64,000 bases of DNA. Source: Kudoa neothunni. Taxonomy: Eukaryota; Animalia; Cnidaria. Positions 15,470 through 27,810 of the stretch are shown one piece after another; within the stretch, counting starts at the first letter, position 1, and each line of letters starts with the position of its first letter. A program made the translations under genes and the position numbers. The stretch is taken from positions 5,896,311 through 5,960,310 of the forward strand of contig OZ199839.1 of the NCBI GenBank assembly GCA_964304625.1, in the 5' to 3' direction. The notes under the pieces were generated by a model. The model was not told the origin of the DNA, made no database searches, and saw only the letters and a list, made by a program, of their open reading frames with translations.

Positions 15470-18400
15470 TATCTTTTAAAAATATATTATTCATGGTTAG
15501 ATGTGTTCATGAATAAAAAATACCAATCTCGCGATAAATATTTGTTTTACCTAACTAAATTAACTAATTATCCATGTGATGGATATCAAAACATTTGAGA
15601 AAAATGATATTTTACTGACCAATAATATAATCAGTTGGGTTCCCGTATTAAATTAAATCAGTAAATTTTAGAGATTAAAACCTTTTTTAGAATGACTAAA
15701 AATTTTGGTGTAATCTCATTAGAATACAACAAACGCCTGAAACAATTGAAATTGAAAATGTGGGAATGTGTAAAACATGGTATCGGTGCAACCCTATTTA
15801 TTACTATTATTAGTAGGAACTTCATCACAAATGCAACTGAAGTGGTGCGTACTGTCGCCATGTTTAATCCCCCAAAATCATATTTACCTGCGATATACCT
15901 TGTTAATTTCTCATAATCTACAGCATCTAATTATTATTTTTCTTTCACTTCATACCCTCATTCTTACGTGAAATAATCACATACATCCAAAACTAACCTT
16001 AAGTAAATATTATGATCACTAAAAATAAAAAGTACACTAAAACTTTAAATAAAATTATTATTTAATAAAAAATCAACTGAATATTATTTAAGAGTTATTG
16101 TGAATTAAAAATAAAATCTTTTGAAGAGTAAGCCTAACAATATAGACGAATTAAATCAGGTCCCTCAGAGTCAAAGTCCTTGCATTATTATGTTTCGTTG
16201 TGTACCCCTGGCGGGATGCGGATTTTTAGCGGGTCAAACTAATGTATTCGCCTATTAGCCAATCCTTTACTGCCCTACAAATGAGTCACATGATTTTTTG
16301 AATTAATTATGAGATGTCTAAGCCATGTACTATAAACATATAGTTAATGTGTGAGAGCCCCTTGGGAAAGGATAATCAGGCTCCGAATGGGGCCGGGGCC
16401 ATGGAGATTCTTTCTGTGTAAACAAAAAATAACAATTGAACTGTCTCCATAAGCATATCTGTAATTAAACGAGGATTTTATTTTATAAATTAAAAATAAA
16501 ATTACAATAGGTAACCACTTGTTCGTATTCTCCATGGGAATTGAGAAATGTAGGAAAATCTAATGAATGACCAATTTTTCTTTCTTTGGCTCGTGCGAAA
16601 ATAAAAATTTTATAATAAAATAAATATAACAACTCACACTATTGATATAAATTGTATTATTTGGGTTTAAATATCTAATAATTACAGTTTCGGTGTTTAA
16701 AAGATAATATAATGTATTTCCTCTTCCATTAAAGGAACTTTGAAATATGAGGTATTCTCCCTTGTTGGTTAAAATAATCATTTGTATTTGATAAAAGTTT
16801 CAACGCTTCCTTTCATGTGATTGTTATAACTTTGCCACATTCACCTCTGTCGGAGTTACTGTCGTCAAGTTAAATGTTAACTGATTACTCTATGATATCA
16901 GTCAAGATATTTTTTAGACGATTTCATTCTCAATTGTTTCGTTTACTACATTCGTTAATGTGCAAGAATCATCATTCAGATTATATATTGTGGACTCGTC
17001 ACGTTCTTACAGATTATTTTCTTGAATTTTCAGATAAAACCTTTCTTATCTAAAATAATTTTTAATTTTATCTTCACTTAAATTTTTCCATACCTCAATA
17101 ATCAATAATCACGAATATTGCGTCATGGATACCTGGAACTTAAGGCGTTGCACCGGTTCTAACTGACTCTATAAATTCTTTAATCACATTTTTTATAATA
17201 ACATTTTAAAGAACGAATAATACCTTTTCTAATGACTGAAATACATTAATTGTATTTTTAAGTAAATATATTAATTAAATATTCGAAAGTTTTATGGAAA
17301 TGTGACATGTAGTGTATGGTCGAGGAATATTGTGATAGTTCTTCCTATGCTATTAAAATATGAATTCTGTTCGATCATATAAAATTTGAAAATCCACGAC
17401 TTGTATTTGTTATTTTTTTAGGGAAACGGCAATATAACGTTTTTAAAACATATTGGGTGGTTTAATTTACTAATTGTGAAACTGACCAATTTTAGGCCTA
17501 TAAATGACCCACCTATAAGGAACATAATCTGGTTCTTTGACTTTTTCGTTCCCCCCTTGTTGTTTTCGAGAGAGGTAACATAACTAGTTTCTAATACTAC
17601 AGAGTGTTTCGGATTTCATAAGTTTTAATACTTCTTTGTTAATGTTAAAATAGAGAAGTTTGTCTGCTATAAATATCATTTGTAAAAAGTTTTGAAGAAT
17701 ATCTTTCGTCGTCGATAGCCGGTTAAAAACTGTTTTCGAGTTAACAAAGTCTACTTCCTAATGGAAATTTATTTGTTGATGTTAAGTCTTTCTATAATTC
17801 ACGATTCCATACGTATATGGAGTTTGTTTCATTTTGTCTTCACTGATTATTACATTTTTTTTCAATGAATTTACTCAAAGAAATTTGTATATTTAATGCT
17901 CTTAGCGAATAAAATAATAATTATGTTTCACCTAATTAGAATACCCCGTAATCTTGAAATAATAAAAACCTTAAAGTGGTAAAGAGTAGCAATCTTGGTA
18001 TCCCTCTTTGGCAAATCGCCTGGACCATATGGCATAGTGATGTTAGGTCGAGCTCCTATAAGGTGAGGTTGTGAGATCTAGATCTAGTCCGGACGTTCCT
18101 GTACTCCTTTTCTGAAATTAAGTAGGAAGGCTGTGGTAATCGCAAGGATCCACGATTTATTGTGGTCTTTATTGCAACTGGGAAGGGGTCTGATGGAAGG
18201 GTAGAACTCGGGGCTCATAAACGAAGTACAACCGAGTAGGTGTAGGAGTTTCGGTAGAGCCGACGTCCGCATTCAGACATTCAGACACCTTTTCCAGACT
18301 AATTCTCGGTTAGTCCAGGGTACGGTTGGGGTGGTGGTTGCTCCGAAATGAGGATGTTTATTGGCTTAAAATCCCACACTACCACATAAACGTAAATCGA

Positions 18401-18917
18401 CTTAATATGATGCTGTGGTACCCAAAGCGTAAATGGAAGAGTCCTTACCATCCCGAACATCACAACCTAACAAGTTGCGCCAGGAGATTGACCTTGTAAA
18501 AATCCTCCTTGACAAAGAATCATCTTATATAGTTACTTAATATTTTCCTATATATGTCAGTAATTAGTAGATTTTTTTAACCGTTCGTTTTCTATAATTA
18601 CTTAAAACTGGTTAATTCGAAAGCAAGTTATCGCCAAAAATGTACGAAAAATACATACAAAATAGCTAAGCTTGATTAAAATTAATTTATTTACTAATTT
18701 TATGCGTTCTATTATAAAATAATCCGATATATCTTTTTAAAAAATTAAAAAAACTTTAACCTTCTTTTTGTTAAGAGTACGAAAAACTGGTCACCCAACG
18801 TATTAATAATAACCATATTAATCCATATAAGAATAGACACAATAAATGTAATAAGAAATAACAAAAAATAGAAATAAACGAAACAAATGTCATTAAAAAG
18901 AAGAAAAAACTACAAAT

Positions 18918-21487
18918 TTAATACCAAGCTGGAGAGAAATTAAAGGTATCTTTTTCAATCAAACCTTGAGGAAATGGTTCAGCTAAACAATATTTAATCA
19001 AGAATAATATAAAGCGAGGAAAAATTACGTTGTTGAGTTTTTGATTAATCAACGAATTGATAACAGATGGATTCACCTATTCGAAAGGAAGAGATAATCC
19101 AAATCAAATAGGGATATTTAATCGCATGAAGATACCTGGAAGGAAGTCATAGGGTTGTATCTCATATAATAATTTTTCCATAACTTTATAGAGGGAGCAG
19201 AGAACTTTGGGTAGATTGGCTGTATGTCAACTCCAATTAAAGCTAAAATAAATAAATCATTAACTTACTTTGTTAAAGTATTCTGGAACATGAAGTGGAT
19301 TTTTGAATTCTTCAACCTTAAAAGTAAAAATTTGTATACATTAGATCAATAGAAAATAACAGAAATACCAATTTAAATAGATCACTCCAAATTGAAACAG
19401 TTCTGATTTCGATTTGTTCTTGCTTTTTAATTTTTTCGGAGGTAACAATAAAATTACCATACAGCTGACTGTGACAAATCTCAACTCATGAAACATCAAA
19501 CACGCATTCAATACCTAAACATTCTATCGACGATGGTAATCAGAAAATGATCATTGAACTCAAATGCATGGGGATACTACAAAAAACAATAAAATATGTT
19601 CAATTAAGTGGAGCCAGGAAAACAACAACAACTACTTTTGCCATAATATGATGAACACACTCAATAAATTGTAAGAATAATGGAGCTTGTTGGTTGGTTT
19701 TTCTTGATTCATCATAATGTCCATTTCTCTGATTGAAATTAAATCAAAATCTCAAACAAATAAATCTAAATTAGAAACCTGGGAAAATTTATGACCAATA
19801 GAGCACCATTCTTTTTCAATAAGACACTAACAAGCAACAGATATTTTTGGGTTAAAATGGATATATTGAATTATACCGCTAAACCGTTAATAGTTCTATA
19901 GAATGGATCAAGACAAATCATAACCAACGAAACAATCTAACAATAATCCATTTAGTTTGCATGTTATAGAAACATACTTGTGCCGATTGGTCCCATCCAT
20001 CATTGCACATAACAAGAGCAGGGCAGTTTTGCCGTTCGATAATATCCACCACAACAGCGGTTCCATTCAACAAAGACTGAATAATTTTTTGAATAGGTGG
20101 CAATAAATGTGGATATTACATGAATATTTTCAAGCCATTTGGTGGCTTCAAGTCGACTTATCCAATCACTATCATCGATACCTGGATTACAAAGTCGAAG
20201 CAACTTTTGAAAACTATCTCTCATAGTGTGGATGCTTGGAATGTCGAGATAAGTGGTCTCATAGGTGAAACTGTAATCATCTTCGGCCAACGCTTTGGTG
20301 CTAAATACCGCATCACCATTGTCAATACAACCGGTATCAACAATGTGGAATTTAGTGGTCAATGGACAGGTTGCAGTTACAGCCTATGTAGGATGTAGTT
20401 GTTAAAATGTAAAGCATATCAATCATCACATTAAAATAGGAGTAGATTTTTTCGCGAAATTCAGGAGAGAGATTCGAAATCGGGTAAGCACTACGAAGAA
20501 GTGGAGCCTGATTATGAGGATGTTGCCAACTTAGTATAGGAAAACGACATTTGGAAAAGAACATAGCCAAATCAGTAACCAATTGGCCCTCAGGCGTATT
20601 CAAAATAGCCAAATTTTCGGGATAACTTGCCACGATTTTATAGTCAGCGTTGATTGGACTTAAAACCCATTGGGTCAATCGACCAAATATTCGTTTAAAC
20701 TCCTCCGACATAACAAACAAATTCCACCCTGGACATATTTCCCCATCGGCTTTGTAGCTTAATGTGGCAACAGGGATCATTTGTTCAAATGCTTCCATAT
20801 TTTGCTGAATAAAAATCTATTATTATGTCTGGTGTATAAAAATAATTAAATACTTCTATAGTCTCGATGAAACTTGGTAATGAGTAAGCTTCATTAAGTG
20901 GAATCACAAACCTAATAATTCGACCATCCTAGATACCAACAACCAGCTCATATATAAAAAACTTAATAAATAAATAAAAACTACCAAACAACTCAACTGA
21001 ATATTGTGATAATCTTTTTTGGCTGCGTAGGTAGGATTCACATAATTTTTATTGTAGGAGATTATTTGTGACATGTAAATATTCACATAGTAACATGGAT
21101 GCTTTGAAATATCATAGTATTCCATTCTCTCGGTCATATTTCGTTTTATTGGATACAATGATTTCTATAATTATTTTATATTACAAGTCAACTAAAAATA
21201 ATAAAACTTACAGTTTTAGGAACGAAAATCAATCTATAGTTGGTGATATGGAGTTTGCCTTTTTTCGGACCAGAAAATGGACAACAATATTCCATTTCAT
21301 CTATTTATATTATTATTTTCATCGTATCTATGGCAACTCAATAAATTCACACCAGAAAATAATATCTTCTCGTTGGTTAACATTGGCTCAGGGAAAACAT
21401 TTTCATCTCCAATATCATCTTGCTATTTAAAAAATAACACTATTTTTAAATTAGCATAAATTTTACAGTGTTTTCTTCACTATCCAT
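18918..21487 (-). CDS. Myotubularin-family protein (PH-GRAM + PTP-like domain, MTM1/MTMR1/2-like), probably catalytically inactive
   Basis: Multi-exon GT-AG model from MDSEENT to ...FSPAWY*. Motifs YCCPFSGPKKGKLHITNYRLIF (GRAM), SYPENLAI, RFPILSWQHP, IHTMRDSFQKL, LEATKWLENI, MCNDGWDQSAQ, LDPFYRTING, EKEWCSIGHKF, PLFLQFIECV, YPHAFEFN. Confidence 0.9.
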
Positions 21488-21771
21488 GCTTTTGGCAAAC
21501 GAATAAATTGGATTATATAATGGCGATAACCCACGACTTATTACAACCGATATTCTACGATCAAAAAATCCTCACCAATAAAGTGAGTTATATATGAGTT
21601 TATCTTAATTTCATCTTTGTGGTTAATTTTATGGAGTTATTTTATAAATATTTATATGTTTAAAAGTTTGTTATAATTTATATTAAAAATTTTGAGAATA
21701 AGATCGGATTACCACTATAATTATTGGATCTTTATAATAAAGTGCTAAAATAAATAATTTATTTAAAAACA

Positions 21772-22670
21772 CAGAATAATGACCGAATTTTCAGATTATA
21801 GTTTATAATTAGTTCAAATATTAGTCGTATATATTTTAACCCAGATTAGCGTTATATTTATTCTATAATTTTTGCCAGGAATGACCTATTTCGAATTCAA
21901 CATATTATTTTTGATATTATGGTTATGCATTAGTTACAATTTAACGCGTAATTCTTGCATTAAATAAAAATTCTTTCTTCTTATAGACATTGATGTAACA
22001 ATCGGTAGTCGCTAAGAGTGAAATATGACAATCCAACAAAATTTGAGTTGTCCAAATTAAATTCTACAACGCATACAACATTCTTTACTTGACCCAACTT
22101 TATTGATGGTATAGCCTGTCGAAATAATCGTGGGGAAATAGGAGTTCTCTGCGTTAATACATTACTGCAAATGCTATTGTGTTGGCAAATCGTGGTTGCT
22201 TAAAGTACCCTACTGATGGCGCAACACTCATTGATCAATACTCATTATTAAAATAATCAACGAGTTCTGTTTTGTGCGTTTTCTCTGACTTGGATTACAA
22301 TCACTTTTCTGAATTTTAACCTTTTTTTATATTATTGACTTTTAGGGAGTAGGATATTCTATAAAGAATAAAACATTGTCAAAAATGAGTCTTACTTGAA
22401 TAATGTGGTTAGTAATAGTAATCAATTTCATTTTAAAATATGAAATTTTTATAATACGAATTTATTATTCAGTAGAAATATGTGTGATGTAGTAATTTGC
22501 GATAGTTAATCTAATCTGCGTTACTAAATAATATAGGAGTTCCAATAATACACAAGCCCGAAAGGTTGTCGAAATTAGAACATTTATTCTATTCGTAATG
22601 TGAGAAAATAATTTTTGTTAATATACTTTGAAATTCTTATTTTAAATTTGATATATATTTATTTTATGTA
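21772..22670 (+). repeat. ~0.9-kb dispersed repeat, copy 1 (unclassified, probably TE-derived)
   Basis: Colinear, high similarity to 39161-40030 (e.g. gaccgaattttcagattat..., gtcgctaagagtgaaatatgacaatcc..., gttgtcgaaattagaacattt). Confidence 0.85.
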
Positions 22671-22682
22671 TATATTAATTTA

Positions 22683-22860
22683 CTACCGCGAACTGCCCCG
22701 CGTTGCCTGGGAACGATTTCGCATAGACGTTTCCTAAGTACATTCAAAAAAATATTGAAGTATCGAACTAATTCATAGAAACAAAATAACCTGAAAGAAT
22801 TGAAAGCATCATAATTAATGACTTGGATTTTGAAATTTAAATCCTGATCATTTCAGTGCA
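22683..22860 (-). mobile_element. Helitron-like 3' end fragment
   Basis: ctaccgcgaactgccccgcgttgcctgggaacgatttcgcatagacg resembles 40412 onward and the reverse complement of 15420-15469. Confidence 0.5.
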
Positions 22861-23339
22861 GGTATCATTTCCTAAATAAAAACTGAAAATCCTCTATAAC
22901 GACCTATCATGATCATGCATGGCTAGTACACATTCAGTAGGCACCGCTATAATACTTCCAAGAGGATCATTATGCTTGTTTATATAGCCCACCAAACATG
23001 AAAAATAGTCTCATTTTTGGAGTAAATTTCAAGCTAACTGACAAATAGGAATTCTTCAATAGTATCTCCAAGGGGTGGACTATGAAACCTCACATAAACC
23101 ATTAGAATATTTGAACTTCTAAATGTTGATTTGTCCAGTTGAATAGTAAATTCACATCTTTGGAGCTCAGATATTAATGTCGTTTCTACATCGTTTGTCA
23201 TTTCTTCAATGCGTCACCGCACAGAATTTGTGCTCGATGGTATGCATTTAAGAACTGGAACAGAGTCTTTCTATAGAACACATTCAATCACATCTTTAAT
23301 TACAGGTATTATTATATTTTCTCCAATATATATGGTTTC

Positions 23340-23620
23340 CCTTTTTTTGTTATATTAAGAGAGATTCTGTACGATACCTTTAGCCCTCCTTCATTACCAA
23401 CATTAACAGTTGGTTTAAAGAGAGAATTTATGTTTGGTTGAGCCTTCCATTTATCTTTAAGCGTTTTGAAAAATTCAACGCCAATTTTTTGCTAGAATAG
23501 ATCTTCTTTATGTGATATTTCATTTTAGAAGGCTCCTTGTCATCATTGCTTAATTTTATTCTAAGTAAAAGACACATTGAGATGGTTTAACAATCGCAGG
23601 ATTTTAAAAACCATATTTCA
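23340..23620 (-). pseudogene. Decayed hAT (ZBED5/Buster-like) transposase N-terminal fragment
   Basis: Minus strand reads KPSQCV...KLSNDDKEPSKMKYH, resembling the Buster zinc-finger motif KPQCVIC...LSNESMKPSKLKRH; interrupted by stops. Confidence 0.45.
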
Positions 23621-25229
23621 AATATTCCGGGGAATATTGTCTGCTCTTTCTCTTTAAAAGTGTGGGATCAATTATGAATAATATGATACCTGTCGATAAA
23701 TACAACAAGTTTACCAAGCAATATCTCAGATATTACGGGACGTTTAACGCGTATGTATTCGCGCAATTTCTACAATTACGTCAGAGGAATACTGACGCCT
23801 ATTTATGTAACTGTGCTTGAATCCATTTTCCATTGATAATGTGGAAAATTTCGTCATTTCAGAATTTCATTCCATGATATTTTAAACCAGAAAAACCTAT
23901 GACTTGACTTCTGCTAGGGAAATTACCATTTTCACCTACGAAGATATTCGTGGAGTTGTAGTTTAGACTATAATTAATTATACTTGACTTTTGTAGGCAA
24001 AAAATCAACCAAAAATAAATGAAGACAGCATTTTCAAAAAAACTAATTTTATATGTTGGCTATTAATAGAAATTGTTAGGATTCAAAATAGCGAACATTA
24101 GTTCTAAATTCCAATTTATAATTAAGATTTTCCGTGATAAAAACATTTTCTCTATATTGTTGAAAGCTGGTTAGCTCACCTTAAAATGATTAAAAACATT
24201 TAAATGTAAAAACAACCTGTGCTTGGGTTATATGTATACTTTTGTCTCAATTCAAACCAAATTAATAAAATGTTTGGGTTTCCCTCAATCGTATAGTTTC
24301 ATGACTCTTATTATCGAGATATTCAGTTTCGATTACACTCAGATACCATTATGATTAAGCGTCTCTAGGGTGTTCATTAGTTATTGAAAATGTAATGAAT
24401 GTGTGAAAAAGTATGCTGAATCGTTATATTAAGCTTGGTACCAATCGGCAACTTCAATAGTTTTTTTCTAACTATTTTACTCTTAACAAAAGCGAAATTT
24501 ATCATTATGAATATGTTTCATCATATATCATACTTAATAGGTCTCTAAACTTAGGTCGCTTATATGTGATTGTAGTTACACACTTTTGCAAGAAATATAA
24601 GTTCAATGGAATATTTTACGAATAAATTGCATCATATATAGAATCATTTATATTTGCTCATAACTGTCTCTAAAACTTAATAAGAATATCTTAATCTTTA
24701 TTTTAAGATAATGTTCCGTAGCTTGGGGTCACATGAAGTGTTTTTAGGTGGTCACAGGCGGCGAAACAACAATTCAACAATTGCAGATAATTTTTAGTAT
24801 TTTCGGAGCTTTTGTAATTCTAATTCCTATCTATTTTAAAAATAAAACATAACCTTCTTGGTTAATTAAAAACTTATTGTTAACTATCGTTATTCTTGTA
24901 TATATTGTTGATATCAATTAATATTAATGTTCATTTAATTTTAAGAAAAATAATTTTAATGTGTTGGTTAATTTTTTGTGAGTTATCAAGAGTATCTACA
25001 TTAATTAAAAAAATTAAATTACTTAACTACGACAATTGGAGATTGATTTTAATCTCAAAAATATAAACAAAAAATAAAGATCAGGGCTAGTCGTTAATTA
25101 ATTGTATTTAAAAATGTAGTATGGAGTAGAATAGTGGGAAACATTATTTAAATCCTGAAAACATAATGCATTCATTATAACACGCATCGACCCCTTTCGA
25201 ATCCTAACGTAATTTTCGACCCCCTAGAA

Positions 25230-26699
25230 CAGTGTTACCTTAGGGGTGCGTGAGTCATTCAAAAATAAATTTAAAAATTAATCTTAGTTTATTCACTTCG
25301 TAATTTTCGTTAGTCCACGTTTAAATCATGTAAGAACGTTTTGCGTACAATAATATTTCTGGCTGTTTTGATATCAATTACTTTATATCAAAAAAAGGGA
25401 TATGGTAATTTATTTAATTTATAATTTACTTTAATTGATTCAACGAAATAGCGCAGTATGGTAATAGTTTATATTAAGCCTGTTCAATTTAGAACATCTA
25501 ATTATCGCTATTTTCACGTAAAATTGTAACTTTGTTATCTTTCAAAATAACATATTTATATGATTAAGCTGTAATTAGGTAGTCATCATTTTTATCAACT
25601 TAGAAATAATCAATATTTATTAAAATATAACCACCGTGTAATTTTAACATTGTCTTCTGTATAGATTTTAGATCCATCATTTAATTGTATAATTTTTATT
25701 ATATTACGTTTTAAGTTATACTTTCGAATTTGTTCCTTGCCTCTGATATATAACTAAGTTAAATTGTTCCTTAAAGTATAGGTAAAACAGAGATTAAAGC
25801 ATTCATTAATACACATAAATAAATGAATGCCAATTTTAACAATATATATTAGTTATTTTATTCAAGTATATTTAGAAGGCATATTTTTTGAATCTACTGA
25901 ATTTTTGTTAACTCACTGCCTCATAATTTAAGTTAACATATGACTCAATATAGAACATGGAAGTCGCTAAATTTATTCAGCACATGATAATATATCAAAC
26001 AAGCTTATCGACTTCAATATATATAAATAATAAGTATCGGAATCCATTAAATCCCCCAAACAATTTTTATGTTTCATAGTTCAATAAAATATCCTGCTTT
26101 GAATTACTTATGAAAACCGAGCCAGAGCAAAAGAGCAGAATAATCAAATAAATACTAAATAACATTTGATTTCTAAATAATGTTACTTATGAACCATACG
26201 AATTGACTATTTTTATTTGGCTCATTTAATTTTCACTTTTATGTACAGAACTTATTAAGCGGCCATACTTTTTATAGTTTAATATTAGGCTTATATTCTT
26301 TTTTTACGTCTAATATTTTGAATTAATTATAATAACATTATTTATTACTTTACATTAAAATGGTATATATAAGCAGGAATGAATAATAGCTCTAATCATT
26401 GAGTGTTAACTCATAAGGAGTGAAAAGATAATGTTCATCCTTTTTCAATTATACATAGCAAAATGAGTTACTCAAAACACTTTGGTTTTAATTTATTTTA
26501 GATGTGAATGGGAAAATTTGAAGATAAAATATAAACTAAAATAATAAAAATTGTAATTTTTAGTCATTTTTCATTGCTGAAGTTATATTCGCATTTAAAT
26601 TAAAAGTATAACTGAGTCTTGACATTCACATGGGGGGGGGCGAAATGAACATGGAAATTAGGTTGGGGGTACGGGTGTAAAATTTGTAGGGAAACACTG
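25230..26699. mobile_element. hAT (Buster-type) element, decayed, with perfect 8-bp target-site duplication
   Basis: CCCTAGAA|CAGTGTT ... AACACTG|CCCTAGAA (TSD at 25222-25229 and 26700-26707, central TA). Confidence 0.85.
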
Positions 26700-27529
26700 C
26701 CCTAGAAGCTCTCATCTACCACTTTGGAGTCCCCTTCTTTACCTGCTCATTCATTCATTACATACACGAAATAAGATATGGCTACTTCGAGAAATAATCA
26801 ATAGATTTGTGAAATATCCAAGCTAGACATCTCAGGTTAGATCGTTTTGTTGAATGAAAGCCTTTTGTTTAAAATTTTCAACTTATTGTTTGTCGAATGC
26901 ATAAAAAATATTCAGCGTATCTTTCGTGAATAATACAATTATATAATCCTTTAATTATACGACACGTTTAATATTTTTTATTAATATGACAGTGATAGTT
27001 TTAAGTTATGTCGGACAAAATAATTTTTTATGATTAATATCTTAAAGAAGTTTATTTTTAACTATTGCTAGTAGTAACACATTTAATCAAAAGCAACTAT
27101 ATATAGTTTGAGAAATTAATGTCATATCGAAGGAAATAAACAAAATATCGCTTCTAAATCTCAATAATTTTGCAACTCAAAAAAAAAATAACTTAAATAA
27201 TTATTACCCCAATGTTGAATTATATTTAAAGCTCCAAATTTTATTCCTATAATATGATAATAAATGTTTTTTGTTTCAGTTATATATTATTCATCACTCA
27301 GGAAATATCGAAATATAAGTTATGACCAATTAATATAAAAATAAATATTAAGAATTAACAACGATTAAACAAAGTTTATGAAACTATATTTTAGAGTATT
27401 TAATTTAGTCTAACATTATTTACACATATGCTCTATTGACCCAGTATCATTGGAAGTAGTGTTATGGCCAATAATATTTAAAAATATTTTGGTTATTTAA
27501 TTCGACCAAGGCCATTCATTTCGGGCAAG

Positions 27530-27810
27530 TATCCTAACATAATGAATATATTTTTTATAAATAATAACATATTTGTTTTATATATTTTTATATACTACAC
27601 ATCACGCATTATAAATAGATGGTAAATGCAACCAATGACTTATTACAATGTTACATGCAGTGTTATGCTTTTTAAAATATTGTAATACACCAAATCAATC
27701 GCATTACGGAAATTATATGAATCAAGATTATCTCAAAATTTGAATGTATTTTGACGACTATAATTCGTAATAAATACTTATTGGAAGTTTTATTATTAAT
27801 AGTAAACAAT
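27530..27810 (+). promoter_or_regulatory. Conserved upstream region of Kunitz genes with TATA-like box
   Basis: Block containing cacatcacgcatTATAAATAgatg (27610) is conserved upstream of copies 1, 2 (~33225-33504) and 3 (~46610-46892). Promoter role is inferred. Confidence 0.5.

Noticed and set aside
15500-16000. Overlapping short ORFs, possibly a piggyBac remnant
   Set aside because: Resemblance too weak to call; no diagnostic motif.
16350-16400. HDV-like ribozyme (hairpin followed by CGAATGGGGCC)
   Set aside because: Could not find the required P1, P3/L3 and adjacent P2 elements upstream.
19985-19990. A-to-I editing restoring the myotubularin catalytic Arg (CAA to CGA)
   Set aside because: Several other active-site motifs are also degenerate, so true inactivation is simpler; there are no RNA data here.
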